A DNA stretch of 64,000 bases, taken from contig JAFXFN010000006.1 of assembly GCA_017520505.1 (NCBI GenBank), positions 104,091-168,090 on the forward strand. Direction: 5' to 3'. The notes under the pieces were generated by a model that did no database searches, was not told where the DNA came from, and saw only the letters and a program-made list of their open reading frames with translations. Shown here piece after piece: positions 1-7,800 of this stretch (position 1 is the stretch's first letter; each line of letters begins with the position of its first letter). This DNA is from Clostridia bacterium. GTDB lineage: Bacteria; Bacillota; Clostridia; Oscillospirales; CAG-272. Both the position numbers and the translations under genes were made by a program.

Positions 1-675
1 AAGCTCTGAAAGATATTTTAAATCCGAAAAAGCGTAGTCAGATATTACCTTTACACTATCCGGAACAGTATATGACGTTCTGTATGCTCCTGTCGGATAA
101 TAAATAAGCTCTGTTTTGTCATTATTGAACAAAACGCCGTTTATATCACATGAAAAAGACTTGTTGCCTGAATCGACCGTAATAGCTTCCATCGCTTCAC
201 AAGAGCTGAAAGCTTCTCTTCCTATCGATTCTACGTTGCTTGGAAGCGCAACTGATGTCAAGCTGTCACAGTTAGCAAGCGAATACGAGCCCAAAGACGT
301 TACACTCTTTGCAATCTTGATGCTCTTTAAATTTGAAAATCCGTAAAAAGCATAATCACCGATACTTGTTACACCGTTTTCAATTACTATCTTTGTAACT
401 GCATTTCTTGATGCATACCACGGTGTTTTGGACGGCATTGAATAATCGTCCATAGGTCCGGTACCGCTTATCGTAAGAGTAGATTCGTTCGTCCAGGAAA
501 TTTCCCATCGCAGATCCCCGCCGCACACGCCTGAGCCTTCAGCGGCTTTTACCGTCGGCTGCACAACCGTCTCTGTCTTTACCTCAGACGTATCAGATAC
601 AGTCACAGCGTATGTCATAGTCGATAATAATAATGCCATACAGATCAAAATTGAAAAGATCTTTTTAAAATGCAT
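1..675 (-). CDS. Secreted BspA-type leucine-rich-repeat surface protein; partial, C-terminus lies outside the window
   Basis: Absent from the ORF track because it runs off the window edge. ATG at 675-673 (minus) with a GGAGGG RBS (rc of 683-688) 7 nt upstream. Translation begins MHFKKIFSILICMALLLSTMTYA (signal peptide), then GDLRWEISWTNESTLTISGTGPM and repeated SVTSIG..AF..C..L units typical of BspA-like LRRs. Confidence 0.6.
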   Translation of the reverse strand, partial: MHFKKIFSILICMALLLSTMTYAVTVSDTSEVKTETVVQPTVKAAEGSGVCGGDLRWEISWTNESTLTISGTGPMDDYSMPSKTPWYASRNAVTKIVIENGVTSIGDYAFYGFSNLKSIKIAKSVTSLGSYSLANCDSLTSVALPSNVESIGREAFSSCEAMEAITVDSGNKSFSCDINGVLFNNDKTELIYYPTGAYRTSYTVPDSVKVISDYAFSDLKYLSEL

Positions 676-813
676 ATTTATACCCTCCTATTATTACATA
701 TATAACTATATATATAATACCATATTATACAACGTGATGTCAATAAATTTTGTAAATATTCGTTTAATTCTCTATTCATCAAGCTGTATAATTTTTCTTT
801 TACAAAATATTAC

Positions 814-841
814 TTGACAAGCATATTCAATATGATATAAT
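814..841 (+). promoter_or_regulatory. Sigma-A type promoter for mntP (TTGACA-16 nt-TATAAT)
   Basis: TTGACA at 814-819 and TATAAT at 836-841, about 50 nt upstream of the start codon. Confidence 0.5.
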
Positions 842-890
842 AAAAAACGCATTTATTTATATGTGATAATTAAAAGCCTTGGAGATTTTA

Positions 891-1475
891 ATGAACTTAG
901 GAATACAATTCTTTCTTAACAGCGCATTACTCGGCATAGGGCTTGCAATGGACGCCTTTTCCGTTTCACTTGCAAACGGATTGAACGAGGTGAAAATGCG
1001 TCCTCGCAAAATGTGTGCCATAGCAGGTGTTTTTGCGTTTTTTCAGTATTTAATGCCTATGCTCGGCTGGGTTTGTGTGCATACGATAGCTGAACATTTT
1101 AAATCATTCGAAAAGTTTATCCCGTGGATAGCACTCGTTTTGCTTCTGTTTATAGGCGGAAAAATGGTCCTTGAGGGAATGAGGGTAAAAAAAGACGATG
1201 AAGAAGAAGCATCCGTAGGATTTTTTGCATTGTTGGTTCAAGGAATTGCCACGTCTATCGATGCTCTGTCGGTAGGCTTTACAATTTCGGAGTACGGCAT
1301 TTATGAAGCCCTTATATGCAGTGCTGTAATTGCCGCCGTCACATTCGCCATTTGCATCGCAGGTGTTGCCATCGGCAAACGCTTCGGTACGGCAATATCG
1401 GGAAAAGCATCAGTTTTAGGCGGAGCAATACTGATATTTATAGGAATTGAGATCTTTGTAACAGGCATTATATAA
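891..1475 (+). CDS. mntP: Manganese efflux pump, MntP family
   Basis: The polytopic membrane protein carries the GIGLAMDAFSVSLANG and ATSIDALSVG motifs typical of MntP/YebN. I prefer ATG 891 (GGAG at 880-883) over the track start at 879. Confidence 0.8.
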   Translation: MNLGIQFFLNSALLGIGLAMDAFSVSLANGLNEVKMRPRKMCAIAGVFAFFQYLMPMLGWVCVHTIAEHFKSFEKFIPWIALVLLLFIGGKMVLEGMRVKKDDEEEASVGFFALLVQGIATSIDALSVGFTISEYGIYEALICSAVIAAVTFAICIAGVAIGKRFGTAISGKASVLGGAILIFIGIEIFVTGII

Positions 1476-1498
1476 TATTTATTTTCAATTAAATCATA

Positions 1499-1537
1499 AC
1501 AGCTCATTCGAAATTTTCGAATGAGCTGTCTGTTTTT
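1499..1537. terminator. Intrinsic terminator between the convergent mntP and PqqD genes
   Basis: Near-perfect palindrome ACAGCTCATTCGAAA/TTTCGAATGAGCTGT followed by a T-rich run. Confidence 0.6.
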
Positions 1538-1540
1538 ATC

Positions 1541-1801
1541 TTAAATGATTTCAAGTGTACGAAGCTTTTCTAAAAATTCTTCCGTATCCTTCGTTGCTTC
1601 TTCCTCTGTCGTGTCGTATTCTTCCAAAATACGCTTCACTATATCATCTGTCGTTTCGACATCCAGCAAAATATCCCAGATGAAGTTACCAAGCTCGTTA
1701 AGTACAAAAAGTCCCTTTGAATCATAAACCGTCTTTCCTACAGGAACAAGTATTGCCTCACCTGCAAATTCTCTTTTTATAAGCTCTTTTTTTATATTCA
1801 T
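1541..1801 (-). CDS. PqqD-family peptide-binding chaperone (RiPP recognition element), 86 aa
   Basis: MNIKKELIKREFAGEAILVPVG...VLNELGNFIWDILLD..TTDDIVKRILEEYD..EEEATKDTEEFLEKL matches the PqqD pattern. Its ATG overlaps the stop of the upstream radical SAM gene by 1 nt (TAATG). The track's 15-aa N-terminal extension is rejected. Confidence 0.75.
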   Translation of the reverse strand: MNIKKELIKREFAGEAILVPVGKTVYDSKGLFVLNELGNFIWDILLDVETTDDIVKRILEEYDTTEEEATKDTEEFLEKLRTLEII

Positions 1802-2937
1802 TATTCGATAACCTCTTTCTTTGATTTGGAAACATACGCATCCCACATCTGTGATATCGTTTCATCAACCTGCTCACAAACATAGGTAGGAACACGGTCA
1901 AATGCACCTGTTTCGGTATAACAAACTGCAGCGCATGAGAAGCATGCATTCTTTTTGGGGCAAGAAGCACATTTTGAAGGCAAGCGTATTTTTTTAACCT
2001 CCGTGTTTACATACTCCCAAGCTTTTTCAAAGCCAACCTCAAGCGGATAAGCCACGGGCTTCGGCATCATTCCGCAGGGATACATTTTTCCGTCCCAAGT
2101 AAGCCACAATGAAGATTTGCCCGCTCTGCATCCAACACCCTCGCTGATGTCGCCAAGACATTCATCTCTTTCAATATCGGCAAATTCCCTCATACTCTTT
2201 GCACGCATTTCAAATTCTTCGTCAGAAAAACGAAGCAAGTCCCATCTGACCGTATATTCAGCCGCTTCCTTAGGTGTAAGTCTTGCATTTTCTCCGAATT
2301 TTTCGCCGTTTATTCTTATCGGCGGATACATATAGCTGACAGCCTTTGCAACAACGCCTATTTCACTTGCAATGTTGAATATCTTTTCTGTATCCTGCTT
2401 GTTATAAGGAGTGATTGACACATTCAGACTCACGTCAACTCCTGCAGCTTTCAGTGCCTTGATATTCTCAAGCACCTTTTCGTACATCGGCGTACCGCAC
2501 ATATTTTTGTACGTTTCAGCACAACCGCCATACAAGGATATATTAATTCTGAATGGGGGATCTTCAAGCAGCTTTCTGCGTATCTCGCCGTCAATAAGCG
2601 AGCCGTTGCTGTTTATGGAAATATAAAATCCCATCTTTTTCATCGCTGAATATATCTCAAAAAAGTCTTCTCTCAGAAAAGGCTCACCGCCCGTCAAAAG
2701 CGCAAATATCGTGCCCTTTTCACGTGCCTGACGTGCAATATCTATCCATTGTTCTGTTGTGAGTTCCCTTTTTCTTGCTTCAGCGTTCTTTCCGCATTGA
2801 TGCACATAGCACATAGGACAGTCAAAATTGCATCTTGATGTCAATTCAAATGTAGCACCCACAGGCAGTCCCAATTTCCCCGCTTTATTATGCAGGTACG
2901 TGACTATTCTGGGTTCTTCGCTCCTTTTTCTTACCAT
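1801..2937 (-). CDS. Radical SAM enzyme with a C-terminal SPASM auxiliary-cluster domain (peptide maturase type)
   Basis: CNFDCPMC is the CxxxCxxC radical SAM motif. The C-terminus has CRAGKSSLWLTWDGKMYPCG and CASCPKKNACFSCAAVC, a SPASM Cys pattern. The gene is adjacent to and translationally coupled with the PqqD gene. Confidence 0.85.
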   Translation of the reverse strand: MVRKRSEEPRIVTYLHNKAGKLGLPVGATFELTSRCNFDCPMCYVHQCGKNAEARKRELTTEQWIDIARQAREKGTIFALLTGGEPFLREDFFEIYSAMKKMGFYISINSNGSLIDGEIRRKLLEDPPFRINISLYGGCAETYKNMCGTPMYEKVLENIKALKAAGVDVSLNVSITPYNKQDTEKIFNIASEIGVVAKAVSYMYPPIRINGEKFGENARLTPKEAAEYTVRWDLLRFSDEEFEMRAKSMREFADIERDECLGDISEGVGCRAGKSSLWLTWDGKMYPCGMMPKPVAYPLEVGFEKAWEYVNTEVKKIRLPSKCASCPKKNACFSCAAVCYTETGAFDRVPTYVCEQVDETISQMWDAYVSKSKKEVIE

Positions 2938-2946
2938 AATATTTCC

Positions 2947-3813
2947 TCAAATTTTCAGCTTATTAAATTCATTTTCAAGCGTTTCAACGGCTGTTTCATC
3001 GGGTAGACACCCAAGATGAAAAACAGGAACTTGAGCTGATACGGAAGAAACTGTTTTTATACAAGATTCCATATCTGATTTATTCCAGACGTCCGCCGTA
3101 CAACCCTCCCACAGCTTGCGGAAGGCAGTTATACCTTTTAATCTTACCGCTGTATTTTCTTTTGCTTGCGCAAGGCACACTATTGCTTTTATGGGATAGC
3201 TCTCGTTTTTGCAAACTCCCGAGCTTCCTGCAAACGGCACGCCGTATGCCCAAAAAACACCGTTTTTGTTCACAATCGCCGCACGGTCGCCGTTTATAAG
3301 CTCAGCACCTCTGTTTTCGCACCAAAGTCTTGCCTGCGTGGACTTACCTACCCCCGAAGGAGCAGTAAACAAAACAGCTTCATCACCGTATCTTATATAC
3401 GATGCGTGAAGAATAAAGCTCTCGTTTTCTGCCATTATGTGTTCGATTCCAAGACAATTAAGTATCGCACGTGCGCCGATACGCTTGAAATTTCCTTTGA
3501 ATACCGTTTGCACGCAAAGCTCACGCCCGCGTCGGTACATCCTCATATCGGCTGATCTGTATTCATCGGAAAGATCTCCAGAATAGCGTATTTCGCCGTC
3601 AGGTACACTATATACCATTCTGTCAGACGAGGTAAAAATACATTCGCCGACAGGCTCAGAAAGCTCGTCAGCTTCTTCAAATATTACAGTATAATCAGGA
3701 TCTGACGGCGGTACTGCATATTCGTTCAACAACGCACTTTCCGCATTCATTATTTCATCATCACCGATTATTTTAAACGTAATATCCGCTATACGATAAT
3801 AAAGAACTGTCAT
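2947..3813 (-). CDS. HprK-related P-loop protein (HPr kinase C-terminal-like domain), 288 aa
   Basis: LHASYIRYGDEAVLFTAPSGVGKSTQARLWCENRGAELINGDRA resembles the HprK C-terminal Walker-A region (G.SG.GKS. ... ..DD). The N-terminal half is unassigned. Confidence 0.5.
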   Translation of the reverse strand: MTVLYYRIADITFKIIGDDEIMNAESALLNEYAVPPSDPDYTVIFEEADELSEPVGECIFTSSDRMVYSVPDGEIRYSGDLSDEYRSADMRMYRRGRELCVQTVFKGNFKRIGARAILNCLGIEHIMAENESFILHASYIRYGDEAVLFTAPSGVGKSTQARLWCENRGAELINGDRAAIVNKNGVFWAYGVPFAGSSGVCKNESYPIKAIVCLAQAKENTAVRLKGITAFRKLWEGCTADVWNKSDMESCIKTVSSVSAQVPVFHLGCLPDETAVETLENEFNKLKI

Positions 3814-3814
3814 A

Positions 3815-4504
3815 TCATTTCACAATATTAACGGAAACTATCTTACTTTCAGACGGAGAAAAATGTCCTGCATTTGTCTGCTTCAACTCTCCGGCTTTCA
3901 AACCGTCCTTGATAGTTATCCTATACGTTATTCCGCCGTAAAACATATCTTGTGCATAATTTTTGAAGTAAATTACGACGTCTCCGACAATATCATCATC
4001 GGATATATTTTTTATATTTGCAACGCCGTTTACACCCGAAACCTGAATTACCTTTTCCATATTATCCATCGGTGTTTTGAAAAACACCTCGTTTTCCAAA
4101 AGATACGCATCAGGCTTTACATCTCTTGATATTGCACGCTTTTTTTCAAGCAGCAATGCCGACTGCCCTGTAGGTAGATTTGTAACGGTGAATTCGGCAG
4201 TATAATCTTCGTATTTTAAGTATATCTCTGCATATTGCAGATCTTTTTCATTTGTGTTCAATACAACTATTGATAAAACGTCATCAACCTTATCTCCGCT
4301 TCCGTCTTCCATATATACGCCATTGTAGCTTCCGACCAAGGTTATTTTGAGTCCGTCATCCAAGTTGATATAGTGGCTTGTATCGACGGGAGTCTTTGAG
4401 AATATATCCGTGCACTGTGTAAGAACAAGAACACAAGATATAACAGCGGCAACAGCTATTGCCGATATAATAATAATTTTCTTTTTGTTTTGTTTTATTC
4501 GCAT
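3815..4504 (-). CDS. Membrane-anchored protein of unknown function, 229 aa
   Basis: A basic N-terminus precedes a single TM helix (KKKIIIISAIAVAAVISCVLVLT), followed by a domain of about 190 aa outside the membrane. AAGGGA RBS; stop is 1 nt from the start of the next gene. Confidence 0.5.
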   Translation of the reverse strand: MRIKQNKKKIIIISAIAVAAVISCVLVLTQCTDIFSKTPVDTSHYINLDDGLKITLVGSYNGVYMEDGSGDKVDDVLSIVVLNTNEKDLQYAEIYLKYEDYTAEFTVTNLPTGQSALLLEKKRAISRDVKPDAYLLENEVFFKTPMDNMEKVIQVSGVNGVANIKNISDDDIVGDVVIYFKNYAQDMFYGGITYRITIKDGLKAGELKQTNAGHFSPSESKIVSVNIVK

Positions 4505-4520
4505 AATAACGATCCCTTAA

Positions 4521-4554
4521 AAAAGGGTGCGGTGTGATCACCGCACCCTTTTTT
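4521..4554 (-). terminator. Strong intrinsic terminator or attenuator between the peptide gene and the maturase genes
   Basis: GGGTGCGGTG (4525-4534) pairs with CACCGCACCC (4539-4548) around a 4-nt loop, and six T follow on the minus strand. Only about 14 nt separate it from the next RBS, which leaves no room for a promoter. Confidence 0.7.
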
Positions 4555-4559
4555 GCTTA

Positions 4560-4805
4560 TTATGATTTAAATACGTTGTTAAAGTCAGATGGATTGTGAT
4601 AACAAATTCCATCGTATTCAGGAGCGCCATCTTCAGTGGATAAATCACAACCCATTATGGTGTTTGTAAACAAAGTCAATCCGGGAATAAAGTCACAGCC
4701 GCATATTCCTCTGTCTGCATTTGCGTGAACTTCACATGAAGCAATATTTGTGCTGAGTGAAAAATTTTCAAATACAACATCGGGTTTTGTATATACTTTT
4801 TTCAT
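4560..4805 (-). CDS. 81-aa Cys-containing small protein; candidate RiPP precursor peptide
   Basis: MKKVYTKPDVVFENFSLSTNIAS is a leader-like stretch, followed by CEVHANADRGICGCDF...MGCDL...DGICYHNPSDFNNVFKS. It has five Cys, no signal peptide and no TM helix. GGAG SD lies 9 nt upstream of ATG 4805. An alternative in-frame ATG at 4826 overlaps the stop of the upstream gene. Confidence 0.55.
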   Translation of the reverse strand: MKKVYTKPDVVFENFSLSTNIASCEVHANADRGICGCDFIPGLTLFTNTIMGCDLSTEDGAPEYDGICYHNPSDFNNVFKS

Positions 4806-4825
4806 CTGTCTGTTCTCCCTTCCCA

Positions 4826-7800
4826 TTATTTACCGAGCAAGCCGCCAAAGAATCCGTCGAATACTCCTCCGATTGAGAAAGCCGGTGCTTTGGTAACTCT
4901 TACGGTTGTCGAAACTGTTCTGCTTTCAACGTCATTTGCGCTGTAAGCATTTGCGCTTATCTGTGCCATTCCCTTGTCTTCAAGTGCAAGTGTTACTTTC
5001 CAGATACGCTGACCGTTTGCCTTGTTTTCAGTATACTTTGTAAACGTTTGACCGTTAACAACAACGTATTCCGCTTCGGAATTTGTTGTAACAGTTACTG
5101 TGAATTTCTGTCCTGCCTTAACGGAGGGCTTCATTGACTTAACGCTGTGGATCTCAGGTGCCTGTGTAGCATTAAGATAATCAACTGCTGCCTGTGCTGT
5201 CTTTGCGTTCATATAAACTGCATTGACTGTCTGAACCTGTGCGTCTACAGTAGCAGTCTTCGTAAGCTTCAGATTTGTTACGGAAATGATACCGTTTCCG
5301 TCAAGATTCTGAAGAACTACCGTGTTAGCCTTGTTATCTGCGAGTATATCATCAAGAGCATAGTAAAGATCCGTTGCGGTTGTAATATTCAAAGTCTTAT
5401 CCAAACCGTTTGTAACGTTTTTGATCTTGAGCGTGCCTGTACCCTTAGCTAACTTTGCAGCGAGCTGTACAGAAGCATAACCGTTTTTATCAACCGTAAA
5501 TGCAACTGCGTTGCCCTTTGCAAGGTAAACTTCGTTGTTAGGACCGAAATCCTTGTATTCGTTGAGTGTGTATGTGTTCTTTATGCTGTCGGAAGTATTG
5601 TCGATATACACAGCACCGTCAACGTTAGAGCCGTCAGCCGCAAAGCCCTTTACATCGCTGATAAGGATATTTCTGAGCTCCTTGAATGTAGGCATATATT
5701 CGCCGTCTGCGATATATGCATTCTTGATGTCTTCATCATTTGCACCGCCGTTTGCGGGATCGTAAATTCTGATAGCATCAAGATAGAAGTCATACTTACC
5801 TTCTCTTGTTGCATTGGCTTTATTGTTGGGAAGTCTGCTTCCGCCGTACTGACCGTGATCGAATATCCAGTTGTACGAAGCTGTAATTACTACCTTGTAC
5901 TTACCGTAAGTGTCAGTGCTCCACTTGATAACGGGAACCTGGTAAAGTCCGTCTTCTGTATCGGATTCTGCGGGAACCCACTTTTCTGTATAGAGAGGCT
6001 TACCGTCTTCTATTATCTGATTGCCGTCTCTGTCAAGTACGGGAACCTTAGCATACTTATAGCCGTAGTATGTGTCTACAACTGTACTCTTTACAGCATT
6101 TATCTCAGGTGCTGTCGCATCAAGGCTCGCATACGGGAATACCTGAACTGCAATTGTACCTGTCTTGTTTGTTGTATAGCTTATAACGTCGAAGCCTTTA
6201 CCGACAAAAGTAAATGTTGCTGTAGCATATTTACCTGTAGAGGAAGCAATTCTACCGTTTTCATCATACTTATCGGTTCTTTCAACTGTTACCTTCTGTG
6301 CTGAACCGAATGAATATTTTGAAGAATCAACGTATGCGCCGTCATTGCCGTATACGTTTGCGATGGTCTCGCCAACTCTGTCATCTCTCTGAACGTCGTC
6401 CTTTTCGGTTCCGACTGTTGTCCAGCTGTTAGCTATAACCTCGCCTTCTTCCGAATAGTTGTTAACTGTAAATGATACGAAATCATCTTCAAAGTAGATA
6501 AGTGTTGCGGGGATAACCGTAAGGTTACCGTAATATTTACCGTTGGGCATTTCAGAACCGCTGTACTGTGCACCGTATGTAACAGAATCAACATCTGTCA
6601 TCTGCATTTCGTCGAGCTGATAACGGATCTCGTTATCCACACAGCTGAATTTACCGAATGCACCGTTGAGTGTTTTGTCTGAAGCAACAAAGCCGTCGGG
6701 TGTGTCGGATGTAAGGTCGAAGTATGAGGGAGCATCAACTTTGGGAGCATAACCTGTAATTGTTGCGTTTTCAACATCGTCCTTGAAATCGTCATTTGCC
6801 AATACATCAACATCAACGGGAATACCGTAGTCTATAACTACCGTATCATCAACGCAAACCTTGGGAACAAGAGCGAACCAAACCTTTGTTTGTCTGTAGT
6901 TTGCATCTGAATTATCGTATGTATTGCCTGTTGTAAGTAACGTACCGGATTCAACGTAAGTTGTTAAAGGCTTATTGGCAGATTTCTCTATTGTCCAGTC
7001 ACCTGTAGCGGCAGACTTGGAATGTGCAAGAATCTTATATGCAGATGCATCATCGTAAAGCTGATAAGCATCAGGAATCTGACCTTCGCCGTCACCGTCA
7101 ACAATGACATTCTTCTGGTTGAGTCTGAACTGCTTTGTTACATCTCCAAGACCGCCTATCTTAAGTGCCTTGTCGAATGTTGTAACGTTACCGTTTGCAT
7201 CGATAGGCTCACCTCTGCCGTTTACAAGGTAGTAGCTGTATGTTACCTCTGCATCTTCCCAAGGAAGCTGAGGCTTAGGAGCAGTTATGGAACAAGCATT
7301 ACCGATGTAGTTCTTATATTTAAGAACCGCGTATTCGTTTGTGAGGAACTCTTGATCAGCGGGGCTTACTTCACCCTCCATCGAGCCTTCAAGATAAACG
7401 TCGTAGTGAAGCTCATATCTTGACTGAGGAATATCACCGACGAGCCAAGCGAATGTTTCAGAGGGAAGCTCATAATCCACCTTGCCATCGGAGTTAGAGT
7501 CTATCATTACCGATTTATTCTTATTGGTATTATACTTAAACGTGGAAGCATCGATTATACCGTCTTCGCCAAGGATATTAACAGATGCACCCTTTACGGA
7601 GCTGTATGCCTCTGTACCGTCTGGATTGAACGTAACTTTCTCGATGAGTGTGCCGGCTTCGTAGCCTTTTTTAACTGTACCTACCATCTCTTCCGTAACG
7701 TGTACGTTATCAATGATAGTACCTACTTCATCAAGTCTGTATGTGATGTACTCAAACAATTCAACAGCAGGTGCGGGATCAAGTGTTATAGGACCTCTCG

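Noticed and set aside
116-346. 76-aa plus-strand ORF at the window start
   Set aside because: It is antisense to the partial LRR surface-protein gene (1-675, minus), which has a signal peptide, an RBS and repeat structure.
700-890. Possible yybP-ykoY manganese riboswitch upstream of mntP
   Set aside because: The predicted promoter lies only about 50 nt from the start codon, and the AT-rich leader has no room for, or resemblance to, the four-helix Mn riboswitch.
1801-2937. Radical SAM/SPASM enzyme considered as an anaerobic sulfatase-maturating enzyme
   Set aside because: No sulfatase gene is nearby. The enzyme is translationally coupled to a PqqD chaperone and sits in a cassette with a small Cys peptide, which favours a peptide maturase.
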